Position numbers and translations under genes: made by a program
Assembly (NCBI GenBank): GCA_038213805.1
Contig: JBBQSO010000086.1
Location: forward strand, 1-21,676
Source: Planctomycetota bacterium
Lineage (GTDB): Bacteria > Planctomycetota > UBA11346
Direction: 5' to 3'
Length of the DNA: 21,676 nt
The notes under the pieces: generated by a model
Databases searched by the model: none
Seen by the model: the letters and a program-made list of their open reading frames with translations, nothing else
What the model was told of the DNA's origin: nothing
In this document: one piece after another, positions 1 through 9,122 of the stretch
How the letters are laid out: each line of letters starts with the position of its first letter
Numbering within the stretch: the first letter of the stretch is position 1

Positions 1-214
1 TCTCGAATGACAGGCGCAACGAGCGCGTATCCAAAGGGACATGCTGTCAAGGCGCTGAGGAAAAGCCAACCTTCATTTTGGGGATGGACGCTGGAGGGGG
101 GCAACGCAGGAGCTGGGAATCGCTCCACTTTCCGCGCGCCGCGCGTGGATCAGCGGCGAACCACCGCATCAACTTGCCGTGTGGCGCGTCCGGCGCCGAC
201 TATGTTCCAGCCTA

Positions 215-1342
215 TCACGGCCGCGTCGACGTGCGCGGGATCAAGCGGTACGGCAGCGCCACCTGCGACGGGCACGCCTCGCCGCGCAGCAGGCGCAGCA
301 TCATGCCGGCGGCCTCGGCGCCGACCTGCTCAAGGGGCTGGCGCAGGCTGGTCAGGCCGAAGTCGCGTTCACGGTCGTCGAAGCCGATGATGCCGTAATC
401 GCGTCCATCCGCCCAGCCGGCCTTGGCCGCGACCTGCATGAAGGCGGCGGCCATGGCGTCGTTCGGCGCGATGATGCCGGTGCCGGGCGCCATCCCGGCC
501 ACGAGCAGCGCACTTGCCGCGGTGGCGCCGGCGAACGCCTGGCCGGCGCCGTCCATCGGGGCCTCGCCGGTGGGGGAGGCCGGGAATACGGTCAGCATGC
601 CGTGCGGCGCAGCGGTCCGCGCGCCGGCGAGGCGCGCTTCGACCCAGGTGGTGGTGAAGGGGCGGAGGTAGACGAGGTGCTGGTAGCCGCGGCTGCGCAG
701 GTGCTGCACCGCCAGGGCGCCGGCGGCGAGGTCATCGGCGCACACATGCGGCACGCGTTCCTGGACCGGGTCGAGGGCGGCGCAGACCACCGGGGTGCCG
801 GCCGCGATGAAGGCGCGGATCATGCGCCGGCCGGCGGCGCCGGGCTCGATGAAGATCACCGCGTCCACTGCGTCCGCCTGCAGCCGGAGCACGGCGGCGT
901 CGGGATCTTCGGAGCGGCGCGGTTCCGGTTCCATGTTGATGAAGGTGTGGCTGACCCCGGGCTCCGCCGCCAGCGCGTGCTCGCAGGCTTCGAGCATGCG
1001 CGCGGGCCACTGCTCGCGGCGCACGGTAGGCGAATCATAGGGCACCAGGCCCGCGACCAGGCCGACGTTCGCATACACCTGGGTCCGTGAGGCGGGCGTA
1101 CTCGCAAGGGCGGCGGGCGCCGACGGCGCACTGACGTAAGTGCCGCGCCGGTCGTCCGCGCGCAGCAGGCCTTCGGCGATGAGCGTGGCAACGGACTTCT
1201 CGACCGTGGAGAGCGCGGCGCGGTACTCGAGGGTCAGCGTCCGCCGGCCGGGGATCATGGTCCCTGGCGCCCACTCACCGGAGGCGACGCGCTGGCGGAG
1301 ACGCTCGGTCAGCCAAGGGGCGCTTTTTCGGGTATCGTCCAT
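215..1342 (-). CDS. GntR-family transcriptional regulator, AraR-type (GntR wHTH fused to a LacI/GalR-type sugar-binding domain), 375 aa
   Basis: N-terminal GntR wHTH (LRQRVASGEWAPGTMIPGRRTL...STVEKSVATLIAEGLL...RRGTYV). C-terminal LacI effector-domain motifs (DDLAAGALAVQHL, GIIAPNDAMA, DYGIIGFDD, LTSLRQPLEQVG). Confidence 0.92.
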   Translation of the reverse strand: MDDTRKSAPWLTERLRQRVASGEWAPGTMIPGRRTLTLEYRAALSTVEKSVATLIAEGLLRADDRRGTYVSAPSAPAALASTPASRTQVYANVGLVAGLVPYDSPTVRREQWPARMLEACEHALAAEPGVSHTFINMEPEPRRSEDPDAAVLRLQADAVDAVIFIEPGAAGRRMIRAFIAAGTPVVCAALDPVQERVPHVCADDLAAGALAVQHLRSRGYQHLVYLRPFTTTWVEARLAGARTAAPHGMLTVFPASPTGEAPMDGAGQAFAGATAASALLVAGMAPGTGIIAPNDAMAAAFMQVAAKAGWADGRDYGIIGFDDRERDFGLTSLRQPLEQVGAEAAGMMLRLLRGEACPSQVALPYRLIPRTSTRP

Positions 1343-1375
1343 GGCCCAGGCTCCGCGTAGAGCCTATCGCCCGCC

Positions 1376-1390
1376 TCTGTAATGTACAGA
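1376..1390. promoter_or_regulatory. Putative GntR/AraR-type operator 1 (TCTGTAATGTACAGA)
   Basis: 15-bp imperfect palindrome 33 nt upstream of the regulator start. Near-identical second copy at 1485-1499. The TGTAC/GTACA core resembles the B. subtilis AraR operator. Confidence 0.75.
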
Positions 1391-1393
1391 TGC

Positions 1394-1484
1394 AGGCTAG
1401 TCGCAAAGCGAAATAAAATCATAACTTTATTAAATATAGCATATTACATTTTTTATCAACGTCACATTGCGATTACTGTACTCT
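1394..1484. promoter_or_regulatory. AT-rich divergent promoter region
   Basis: Strongly AT-rich island (aaataaaatcataactttattaaatatagcatattacatttttt) in otherwise high-GC DNA, between two divergent starts and two operators. Exact -10/-35 elements not assigned. Confidence 0.6.
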
Positions 1485-1499
1485 TCTGTACTGTACAGA
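1485..1499. promoter_or_regulatory. Putative GntR/AraR-type operator 2 (TCTGTACTGTACAGA)
   Basis: Perfect 7-1-7 palindrome 41 nt upstream of the ATG at 1541. An extra CTGTAC half-site lies at 1476-1481. Confidence 0.8.
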
Positions 1500-1540
1500 T
1501 GCCCCGCCATCCGATGACCTCTTCCTGCTCAAGGACTCCC

Positions 1541-4500
1541 ATGCGACCCGCCTCCCTGCTGTTGGCCTTCGCCGCGTCCCTATGTTCTGCCGGCATGCTC
1601 GCCGCCACCGAGACCGAAAACCACGGCATCCCCATCATTCCCGCGCCGGGCCCGGTGGTGATCGACGGTGCGTTCGCGGACTGGGACCTGTCCGGCGGCG
1701 TCTTCGTGTGCAGTGATGTGGAAAACCTGCGCGGCCGATTCTCGAGCTGGCTGCACCTGATGTACGACCAGGACAACCTGTACGTGCTGGCGCGGTGGAA
1801 CGACGACACGCCGATGAACAATCCGGGCCTGGTCTCGGGCGATCAGGGGTTTGCGGGCGACTGCCTGCAGCTGCGCCTGTCGATCGCAGCGCAGGGCCTG
1901 CCGGACTTCGGCCGGGATGAGCCGCCGACGCAGCGCACCACGCACATCACGGCATGGCGCGGGCGCGATGGCAAGGATGTGATCGACCTCGCCTGGGGCG
2001 CGAAGTTCGATCAGGGCGGCCTCAAGGACGCGAAGGCCAAGGGCGGGGCCCAGGCCTTCGCGCGCAATGCCGACGGCAAGGGCTACGTGCAGGAGCTGTC
2101 AATTCCCTGGAGCGTGCTCGCGCCCGCCGGTTGGAAGCCCACGGCCAGCGCGCAGCTCGGCGTCACGGTGGAGCCGAACTACGGCACCGAGTCGCGGATG
2201 CGCGTCACCACCAAGGACATCTTCAAGGCCGGCGTGGTCATCGATCGCGTCTTCACCTTCGGCAACGGCACGTCCTGGGGCACGGGGACCTTGGCCACGC
2301 ACGCCAGGCTCGAGCCCGCTGCGGTGCGCCTGAGCGATGGCCGCGAATTCCCCGTGCGCATGGATGCGGGCGGCCAGCCGCTGATCGACTGGGGTGGCCT
2401 GTACGCCAAGCACGAATCCGCCGGCTTCGTCACGCTGCCCTTCACCATGCTCGAGGACGGGTACGTCTCGCTCAATGTGCGCAACCCGCAGGGGCAGGTG
2501 GTGCGGCAGCTGCTCAACGCGGCGTGGTTCGCGAAGGGCGCGAACAGCGTGAAGTGGGATGGGTTGACCAACACCAGCTACCGTCGCCCGGGCGAAGCGG
2601 TGGTCGCGGGCGACTACACCTGGGATGCGATCTGGCACAAGGGGCTCGGCCTACGCCTGGTCGGCTGGGCAAGCAACGCCGGCAAGGCGCCCTTCGATTC
2701 GCCCGGTGGCAACTGGGGCGGTGACATGGGCACGCCGACCGGTGTAGCCACCACCGGCGAGACCATGCTGCTGGGTTGGAGCGGCGCCGAGGCGGGGGCG
2801 GCGGTGGTCTGCACCGATCTCGACGGCGTCGTAAGATGGCGGCACAAGCGCGGCGGTTTCGGCGGCGCGGCCCTGGTTGCCGCCAGTGCCGGCGTCGCCT
2901 ACGTCTACGATGCCTTTCAGGGCAACATGCTCTACCGGCTGAAGACGGCGGATGGGACGTATTCGCCCTGGACCGGGAGCGAGGACGCCGCGATGTCCGC
3001 GATCGCGGGCCTTTCCGCGGACGTGCGCGCGCGCACGGCTGCAGCAGGAACCGATGGCGTGCGGCTCTCCGGACTCGATGCCGCCGACGGCAAGCTCTGG
3101 CTGACCTACGGACCGCGCACGCCCTGGGGCGCGCAGCAGCCCTCCGCCGATGTGGTGGTGGTCGCCGATGCGGGCACCGGCAAGGCGCTGGCCACGCTGG
3201 CGGTGCCCCGGCCCGGCGACCTCGAGATCGCGGCCGATGGTCGCGCCTATGTGCTGTCTGATGGCACATCGCTGCTGCGCCTGGATCCGCAGGGGGGCGC
3301 GGCAGTGTCGGTGGTCACCGGACTGGTCAACGCGACCGCTCTGGCCATCGACGCGGCGGGCTGCTTCTACGTCGGACTCGGTGAGCCGGCAAACCAGGTC
3401 CAGGTCTTCAGCGCCGCGGGCAAGCCACTGCGCGCCATCGGCAAGGCCGGCGGGCGTCCGCTCACCGGACCGTGGGAAAAGGACGGGATGCGCTTCGTCG
3501 CCGGCCTGCGCGTCGACACGCGCGGGCGGCTGTGGGTCATGGAGAGCGATCCGACGCCGAAGCGCATCTCAGTGTGGGACGCCACGAGCGGGGCGTTCGT
3601 TCGCGAATTCTTCGGACCGACGGCCTACGGCGCGGGTGGCGGTGCGATCTCGCCCGATGATCCGCACATGCTGATCGGCCACGGCAGCGAGTGGCGCATC
3701 GACGCGGAGACCGGCACCGCCGCCTGCGTCGGCGTGTTCGATCGCCGCGATTCGCCGCAGGCGCGCCTCGGCCGCGGTGCGAACGGCCACCTGTATGCCG
3801 CCATGGGCGCCGACCAGTGGAGCAACGGCACGGTGGCGATCTACGAGCGCCTGGCGCCGGGCGTGTGGCAGCTGCGCACCGAGCTGCGCGCGACCAAGGC
3901 CCAGGGCGCGGACACCGGCATGATCGTGTGGGCGGACGCCAACGGCGATGGCAAGGAGCAGCCGGACGAGGTGAAGACCTACGACGTGAAGCTCGGCGGT
4001 TGGGTGACCGGCTGGTACATGCCGATGACCCAGACGATGATCTTCTACGGCTCGCGCTACCGCCTGACGCCGGTGTCGTGGACCGCGTGTGGCGCGCCGG
4101 TCTACGATCCGACCGCCTCCAAAGTGATGGCTGGACCTGCCGATGCCGAGCAGCGCGGTGGCATGGGCGCGCGCATCGGCTGCGGCAGCGAGGACGGGAA
4201 GCTGATGCTCTACAACGGCCTGTACGGCACCGAGCACAGCGACTTCCAGTGCTGGGACATCGAGCGCGGCACGCTCGCCTGGAGTTACCCCGACAATTAC
4301 ACCGGCGTGCACGGCGGACACGGCGCGCCGCCGGCGGCGGTCGGCATGATCCGCGGCGCCTACGATGTGGTGGGTTCGGTGAAGCTGCCGGACCCGATCG
4401 GCGACCTCTTCGTGATCGCCACCGACAAGGGCGAGTGGCACCTGCTCACCGGCAGCGGCTACTACCTGTCCGCGCTGTTCCAGCCGGATGGCCTCAAGGT

Positions 4501-5464
4501 GCAATGGCCCGAGCCCTGCATCCCGGGCGCGATCATGGACAACACCCCCCCCGGCATGGGCGCCGAGGACTTCGGCGGCGCGGTCGCGGCCACCAGGGAT
4601 GGGCAGCTCTACCTGCAGGCCGGCAAGTCCGCCTTCATCGATCTCAAGGTGGTGGGACTGGAGGCGGTGCAGAAGCTGGCGGCGGGCAGCTTCACTGTCA
4701 GTGCGGCGGATGCGCTGCAGGCAGTTGGCTTCCGCCAGGCGCTGCTCGCCGGTGCGACCGCGGCAAAGAGCGCGCCAGTACATCACCGGACGGTCGGCTT
4801 CACCGGCGACGTGCGCACGGATTTCAGCGAGACCAAGCCGGTCGCGTTCAGCAAGAGCGGTTCCAGCGTCGTCTGCAGCGCCGCCTATGATGCGACCACG
4901 CTCTACCTGGGGTGGGCGGTGGCCAACGACACCACGCCGTGGATCAACGGCGCGACCGAACCGGCGGTGATGTACGCCAAGGGCGACACTGTGGATTTCC
5001 AGCTCGCGACCGATCCCCAGGCGGATGCGACCAGGGCCAAGGCTGCTCCCGGCGACCTGCGCCTGTCGATCGGCGACCCGCAGGGCAAGGGCGCGGTTGC
5101 GGTGCTGTACCGTCCTTTCGCCAGCGGCGCGAAGCACCCGCGGAAATTCTACTCGGGAACGATGAAGGACGGCTATGAGATGGAGAGCGTCGACGTGCTG
5201 AAGAACGCGAAGATCAGCGTGAAGGTCGACAAGGCGGCGCACGGGTACGTCGTCGAGGCGGCCATCCCGCTGGCCGACCTCGGCATGCAGCCCGCGGCAG
5301 GGGCGACGCTGCGCGGCGACTTCGGCGTGACCTACGGCAATCCGGCCGGCGACGACACCGTCGTGCGCAGCCACTGGAGCAACCTCGCCACCGACTTCGT
5401 CGCCGACGAGGTGTGGGAGCTGGTGCTCGAACCCCGCACCTGGGGCGTGCTCACCTGCGAGTGA
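1541..5464 (+). CDS. Large secreted protein, ~1307 aa: CBM9/DOMON-like, FlgD Ig-like, NHL/PQQ-like beta-propellers, C-terminal CBM9/DOMON-like
   Basis: Start moved from 1382 to ATG 1541 (AAGGA RBS; signal peptide MRPASLLLAFAASLCSAGMLAA). CBM9-like motifs VVIDGAFADW, YDQDNLYV, YVQELSIPW and again AYDATTLYLGW, YVVEAAIPLADL. FlgD-Ig motif GYVSLNVRNPQGQVVRQL...VKWDG...GDYTW. NHL-like repeats (ALAIDAAGCFYV, NQVQVFSAAGKPLRAIG). Confidence 0.85.
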   Translation: MRPASLLLAFAASLCSAGMLAATETENHGIPIIPAPGPVVIDGAFADWDLSGGVFVCSDVENLRGRFSSWLHLMYDQDNLYVLARWNDDTPMNNPGLVSGDQGFAGDCLQLRLSIAAQGLPDFGRDEPPTQRTTHITAWRGRDGKDVIDLAWGAKFDQGGLKDAKAKGGAQAFARNADGKGYVQELSIPWSVLAPAGWKPTASAQLGVTVEPNYGTESRMRVTTKDIFKAGVVIDRVFTFGNGTSWGTGTLATHARLEPAAVRLSDGREFPVRMDAGGQPLIDWGGLYAKHESAGFVTLPFTMLEDGYVSLNVRNPQGQVVRQLLNAAWFAKGANSVKWDGLTNTSYRRPGEAVVAGDYTWDAIWHKGLGLRLVGWASNAGKAPFDSPGGNWGGDMGTPTGVATTGETMLLGWSGAEAGAAVVCTDLDGVVRWRHKRGGFGGAALVAASAGVAYVYDAFQGNMLYRLKTADGTYSPWTGSEDAAMSAIAGLSADVRARTAAAGTDGVRLSGLDAADGKLWLTYGPRTPWGAQQPSADVVVVADAGTGKALATLAVPRPGDLEIAADGRAYVLSDGTSLLRLDPQGGAAVSVVTGLVNATALAIDAAGCFYVGLGEPANQVQVFSAAGKPLRAIGKAGGRPLTGPWEKDGMRFVAGLRVDTRGRLWVMESDPTPKRISVWDATSGAFVREFFGPTAYGAGGGAISPDDPHMLIGHGSEWRIDAETGTAACVGVFDRRDSPQARLGRGANGHLYAAMGADQWSNGTVAIYERLAPGVWQLRTELRATKAQGADTGMIVWADANGDGKEQPDEVKTYDVKLGGWVTGWYMPMTQTMIFYGSRYRLTPVSWTACGAPVYDPTASKVMAGPADAEQRGGMGARIGCGSEDGKLMLYNGLYGTEHSDFQCWDIERGTLAWSYPDNYTGVHGGHGAPPAAVGMIRGAYDVVGSVKLPDPIGDLFVIATDKGEWHLLTGSGYYLSALFQPDGLKVQWPEPCIPGAIMDNTPPGMGAEDFGGAVAATRDGQLYLQAGKSAFIDLKVVGLEAVQKLAAGSFTVSAADALQAVGFRQALLAGATAAKSAPVHHRTVGFTGDVRTDFSETKPVAFSKSGSSVVCSAAYDATTLYLGWAVANDTTPWINGATEPAVMYAKGDTVDFQLATDPQADATRAKAAPGDLRLSIGDPQGKGAVAVLYRPFASGAKHPRKFYSGTMKDGYEMESVDVLKNAKISVKVDKAAHGYVVEAAIPLADLGMQPAAGATLRGDFGVTYGNPAGDDTVVRSHWSNLATDFVADEVWELVLEPRTWGVLTCE

Positions 5465-5501
5465 GCGGCCACGCCATTCCACCCTCTCTTTGGATCATCC
5501 C

Positions 5502-8500
5502 ATGCGCCACCGTATCCTGCTGCTGTTGTTGTCGATCCTCGCGCTGACCCGTGGAGCATCAGCCGGCGCGACCGAGAGCTCTGGCGACTGGCAGGAGGCG
5601 GAGTTCGAGCCGATCTCCAGCGGCGTGGCCACGCCTGCGCGCATCGCCCTGCACCAGGATGTCCAGGGACTGGCCGTGGCGTTGGAGATCGACGCGATCC
5701 CCGGTTGCACGGAGCCGCCGCAAGTCGTCCTCGCGGTGGCGGCAGTGCGCCAGCAGGTGGTGACCGCGCCGGCACCGGTGCGTGGCGCCGCGGCGGGGCG
5801 CTTCCGCGTCGCCTTCGCCATCCCCGCCGCGTCCCTGGCCGCCAGCGACGCCGAATGGGCGCGGCTGCGCCTCGCCGCGACCGCGACCTTCCCCGGCACC
5901 ATCGACGGTCAGCCGCTCTACCGCGTCCGTTACCGCCACCAGGACGGCCGCGCCCTGCACGATGAGCTGGCGAAGGATCCCCAGGCCTGGCAGCCCTTCG
6001 ACCTCAATGCCTACCGGCTGCGCGTGGCCGACCGGCGCGCGCGCGTGGCGCTCGCGTTCGACCAGCCGCTGAACGGCAAGGCGACCATCGCCATCGACAA
6101 CGCCCAGGGGCGGCGGGTGCGCAACCTGGTCAGCGGCCAGCCTTACCTGAAAGGACGGCAGTCCGTGGAGTGGGACCTGCTCGACGATGACGGCAAGGTG
6201 GTGGCGCCCGGCGACTACACCTGGCGCTCGCTGCACCACGCCGGGATCACGCCCGATTACCAGTATTCGTTCTGCAACGATGGCGCGCCGCCGTGGAAGA
6301 CCGGGTCGGGGACCGACATGTGGGGGCCGGACCACAGCTGTTTCACCGCGGTCGCGGCGGTTGGTGATCAGGTGCACATCCTCAGCCCCTGCGCCGAGGC
6401 CGGCTACCAGGGCGCGATCACCGATCTGCAAGGGGTTAAAAAGAAGAGCTGGGGCGCGCCGACGGTGCCGAGCCACTTCCTACTCGCGACGGACGGCGCG
6501 GAGGTGTTCGCCGCGGCTGACAACGGCAAGCAGCAGATCCTGCTGCGCTACAAGCCCGGCGCGGACTGGCTGCCCTTCGGCAACGGGCAGAATGAGATCG
6601 TGTGGGGCACGGCGGCGATGAACGGCTTCGGCAAGGATGATGGCGCCTTCAGCCAGGCGACGTGGGCAGGCTTCAGTCTCGCGGGCTTCGCGGTGTGGGG
6701 CGACCGCCTGGTGGTGGCGAGCCGGGCGGATCAGGCACTGCTGGTGTTCGTGGCGGCGTCGGGCGCGAAGGAGGCGACCATCCCGTTGCCCGACCCCGGC
6801 GCGCTGACCGGTCTGCCCGACGGGTCCCTGCTCGCGGTCAGCGGTGGCGCGATCGTGCGCTTCTCCGCGCATGCGGTCCGGTCCGCACCGTTCATCGGCG
6901 CGGGCAAGCTGCAGCCCGGCGCGATGGCGGCGGGTGCGGACGGGAAGCTCTACGTCATCGACCAGGCATCGTCGCAGATCGTCATCCTCGATGCGGGCAC
7001 CGGCCGCGAGACCGGCCGCCTGGGCAAGCCGGGTGGCGCCTACGCCGGGGCCTATGATGCGGAGCGCATGGTGCGTCCGCTGGGGCTGTCGCTGGCGGCC
7101 AACGGCTGGCTGTGGGTGACCGAGAACCGCTTCAACCCCAAGCGCGTACTCGCCTGGGATCTGAAGACCGGGCGCGTCGCGCTCGAGAAATTCGGTTCCA
7201 CCAGCTACGGCGCCTCGGGCGGCGGCCTCGACGGCGCCGATGGCGGTCGCGCCATCGGCCAGGGCGTGATCTGGAAGCTCGATCCGGCGCACCATACCGC
7301 GCGGCCGTCGAGTGTGCTCTTCGCCGCGGCGGACGCGCTGCCGGGCGCGATGCACTGGCGCTTCCTGCGCCGCGACGGCCGCACCTTCCTGCTCGGCTAC
7401 AGCAGCAGCTGCAGCCTGGTCGAGCTGCTGCCCGACGGCAGCGGGCGCCTGCTCGCCCAGCACGGCTCGGCGATGAGCTTCTGCCTGGGCCTCGGCAGCC
7501 GCGTGCCACCGCTGTTCCTCGAGACCTACTACCAGAAGCGCGGCTTCGACACGGCGGAGAAGCGCAAGCAGCTGCCGGAGGGGCGCCTGCCATCGATGTG
7601 GGACATTTTCGTGTGGAGCGACGTCAACGGCGATGGCGTGATGCAGGCGGATGAGCTGGAATTCGGCGAGCGTTTCGGCGGCGGCTACTGGGGTGCGGAC
7701 AGCGAGGGCCTCGACCTGGTCGTGCCGCTGTTCAAGGACCTCGGCGGGCGGCCCGGCAACTGGCGCCTCGAGCTGCCGCTGCTCGGCTGGTATCCGTCCG
7801 GCGCGCCGCGCTGGAAGCCGCTCGCCGAGGGCGAGGCGGCGGCCAAGCCGACGCTGCCGGTGCACTGGGGCAACGAGTCGTCGCTGACCGATCGGAACGG
7901 AGTGCTGTTCCTCAACGCCGTGGACCATCTGATGTGCTATGGACCGGATGGCGCCCTGCGCTGGACCTACCCGAACAAGTGGTCGGGCGTGCACGGTTCG
8001 CATGGCGCCCCGCTGCCGTCGATCGGCGAACTGCAGGGCGCCCTGTTCTTCCTCGGCAACGCGCCGCTGGACGACGGCAAGACCGACGTCTTCGTGCTCA
8101 ACGGCAACCACGGGCGGTTCTTCGCCCTGACCAGCGACGGATTCTACGTCGACGAGTTCTTCAAGGACGTGCGCATGGGCTCGGTGGTCGACGCCTACCT
8201 GATCGGCGGCGAGTGCTTCGGCGGCTCCTTCTGTCGCGGCGCGGACAAGGTCTACCGCCTGCTCAGCGGCCACACCGACTACCGCCTCTTCACGCTGCGC
8301 GGCTTCGACAGCATTGTGCGCGGTCCGGGTGGGAAGCTGACGGTGACGCCGCCGCAGATCGACGCGGCCGACCGCCGCGCACAGGCGGTGGTGGCGGGAC
8401 ATGCGGAACCGCGCAGCGGCAGCATCCCGTGGCTGCAGGCGCCGCCCGCGCTCGATGGCAGCGGCGGCGGCTGGCCGGCGGAGCCGGTCGCGAAATGGGA

Positions 8501-9122
8501 CAAAAGCGGGATGTTCCCAGTGCAGGTCCAGGCCGGGTGGGACGCGACCTCGCTGTATGTGCGTTGGACCGTCGAGGATGAATCGCCGTGGTCGAACCAC
8601 GGCGCCGACGAGCGCATGCTGTTCAAGACCGGAGATTCGGTCGACCTCCAGCTGGGCACCGATGCCGGCGCGCTCGCCAACCGCGTCGCACCCGTAGCGG
8701 GCGATCTGCGCCTGCTGATCGCCCCGTTCCAGGGCAAGCCGGTGGCGATGCTCTACCGTCATCGCGTGCCGGGCGCCAAGGATCCGGTGGCGTTCACGTC
8801 GCCCTGGCGCACCGAGAAGGTCGATGTGGTGCAGCGGCTCGACGGGGTGCGGATCAACGCGGTCGTCGGGCGTACGCGGACCAACCGCGGCTTCTGCACC
8901 ATCGAAGCGGCGATCCCGCTAGCGGACCTGGGACTGAAGCCCGCGGCGGGCCGCGACTACCGCGCGGACTTCGGCGCGATCTTCGGCGACCCGGACGGGC
9001 AGATGGACCAGCTGCGATCGTACTGGTCGAACCAGGCGACCGGCCTCGTCAACGATGTGCCCGGTGAGATCATGCTCTTCCCGAATGCCTGGGGCACCGT
9101 CCGTTTCCTGGAGGCCAAATGA
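5502..9122 (+). CDS. Large secreted paralogue, ~1206 aa: FlgD Ig-like, beta-propellers, C-terminal CBM9/DOMON-like
   Basis: ATG 5502 with signal peptide MRHRILLLLLSILALTRGASA. FlgD-Ig motif ATIAIDNAQGRRVRNL...VEWDLLDDDGKVVAPGDYTW. NHL-like repeats. C-terminal GWDATSLYVRW, GDSVDLQL, GDLRLLI, EAAIPLADLG are collinear with the upstream paralogue. Confidence 0.85.
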   Translation: MRHRILLLLLSILALTRGASAGATESSGDWQEAEFEPISSGVATPARIALHQDVQGLAVALEIDAIPGCTEPPQVVLAVAAVRQQVVTAPAPVRGAAAGRFRVAFAIPAASLAASDAEWARLRLAATATFPGTIDGQPLYRVRYRHQDGRALHDELAKDPQAWQPFDLNAYRLRVADRRARVALAFDQPLNGKATIAIDNAQGRRVRNLVSGQPYLKGRQSVEWDLLDDDGKVVAPGDYTWRSLHHAGITPDYQYSFCNDGAPPWKTGSGTDMWGPDHSCFTAVAAVGDQVHILSPCAEAGYQGAITDLQGVKKKSWGAPTVPSHFLLATDGAEVFAAADNGKQQILLRYKPGADWLPFGNGQNEIVWGTAAMNGFGKDDGAFSQATWAGFSLAGFAVWGDRLVVASRADQALLVFVAASGAKEATIPLPDPGALTGLPDGSLLAVSGGAIVRFSAHAVRSAPFIGAGKLQPGAMAAGADGKLYVIDQASSQIVILDAGTGRETGRLGKPGGAYAGAYDAERMVRPLGLSLAANGWLWVTENRFNPKRVLAWDLKTGRVALEKFGSTSYGASGGGLDGADGGRAIGQGVIWKLDPAHHTARPSSVLFAAADALPGAMHWRFLRRDGRTFLLGYSSSCSLVELLPDGSGRLLAQHGSAMSFCLGLGSRVPPLFLETYYQKRGFDTAEKRKQLPEGRLPSMWDIFVWSDVNGDGVMQADELEFGERFGGGYWGADSEGLDLVVPLFKDLGGRPGNWRLELPLLGWYPSGAPRWKPLAEGEAAAKPTLPVHWGNESSLTDRNGVLFLNAVDHLMCYGPDGALRWTYPNKWSGVHGSHGAPLPSIGELQGALFFLGNAPLDDGKTDVFVLNGNHGRFFALTSDGFYVDEFFKDVRMGSVVDAYLIGGECFGGSFCRGADKVYRLLSGHTDYRLFTLRGFDSIVRGPGGKLTVTPPQIDAADRRAQAVVAGHAEPRSGSIPWLQAPPALDGSGGGWPAEPVAKWDKSGMFPVQVQAGWDATSLYVRWTVEDESPWSNHGADERMLFKTGDSVDLQLGTDAGALANRVAPVAGDLRLLIAPFQGKPVAMLYRHRVPGAKDPVAFTSPWRTEKVDVVQRLDGVRINAVVGRTRTNRGFCTIEAAIPLADLGLKPAAGRDYRADFGAIFGDPDGQMDQLRSYWSNQATGLVNDVPGEIMLFPNAWGTVRFLEAK

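Noticed and set aside
57..69. GAGGAAAAGCCAA resembling GAGGAAAAAGCTAA at 15742-15755
   Set aside because: Only two imperfect short copies with no extended flanking similarity; cannot be distinguished from chance.
1382..1540. 53-aa N-terminal extension of the 1360-aa ORF
   Set aside because: It runs through the AT-rich promoter and both operators. The RBS and signal peptide fit ATG 1541.
2430..2640. Flagellar hook-cap gene flgD
   Set aside because: Only the FlgD Ig-like module is present, inside a large Sec-exported protein, and there are no flagellar genes nearby.
4545..4552. C8 homopolymer as a phase-variation tract
   Set aside because: Short, in frame (Thr-Pro-Pro) and unremarkable at this GC content.
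3569..8762. Long antisense ORFs (3569-5482, 5559-6476, 6480-8762)
   Set aside because: Typical stop-poor shadow frames of high-GC genes, with no recognisable motifs.
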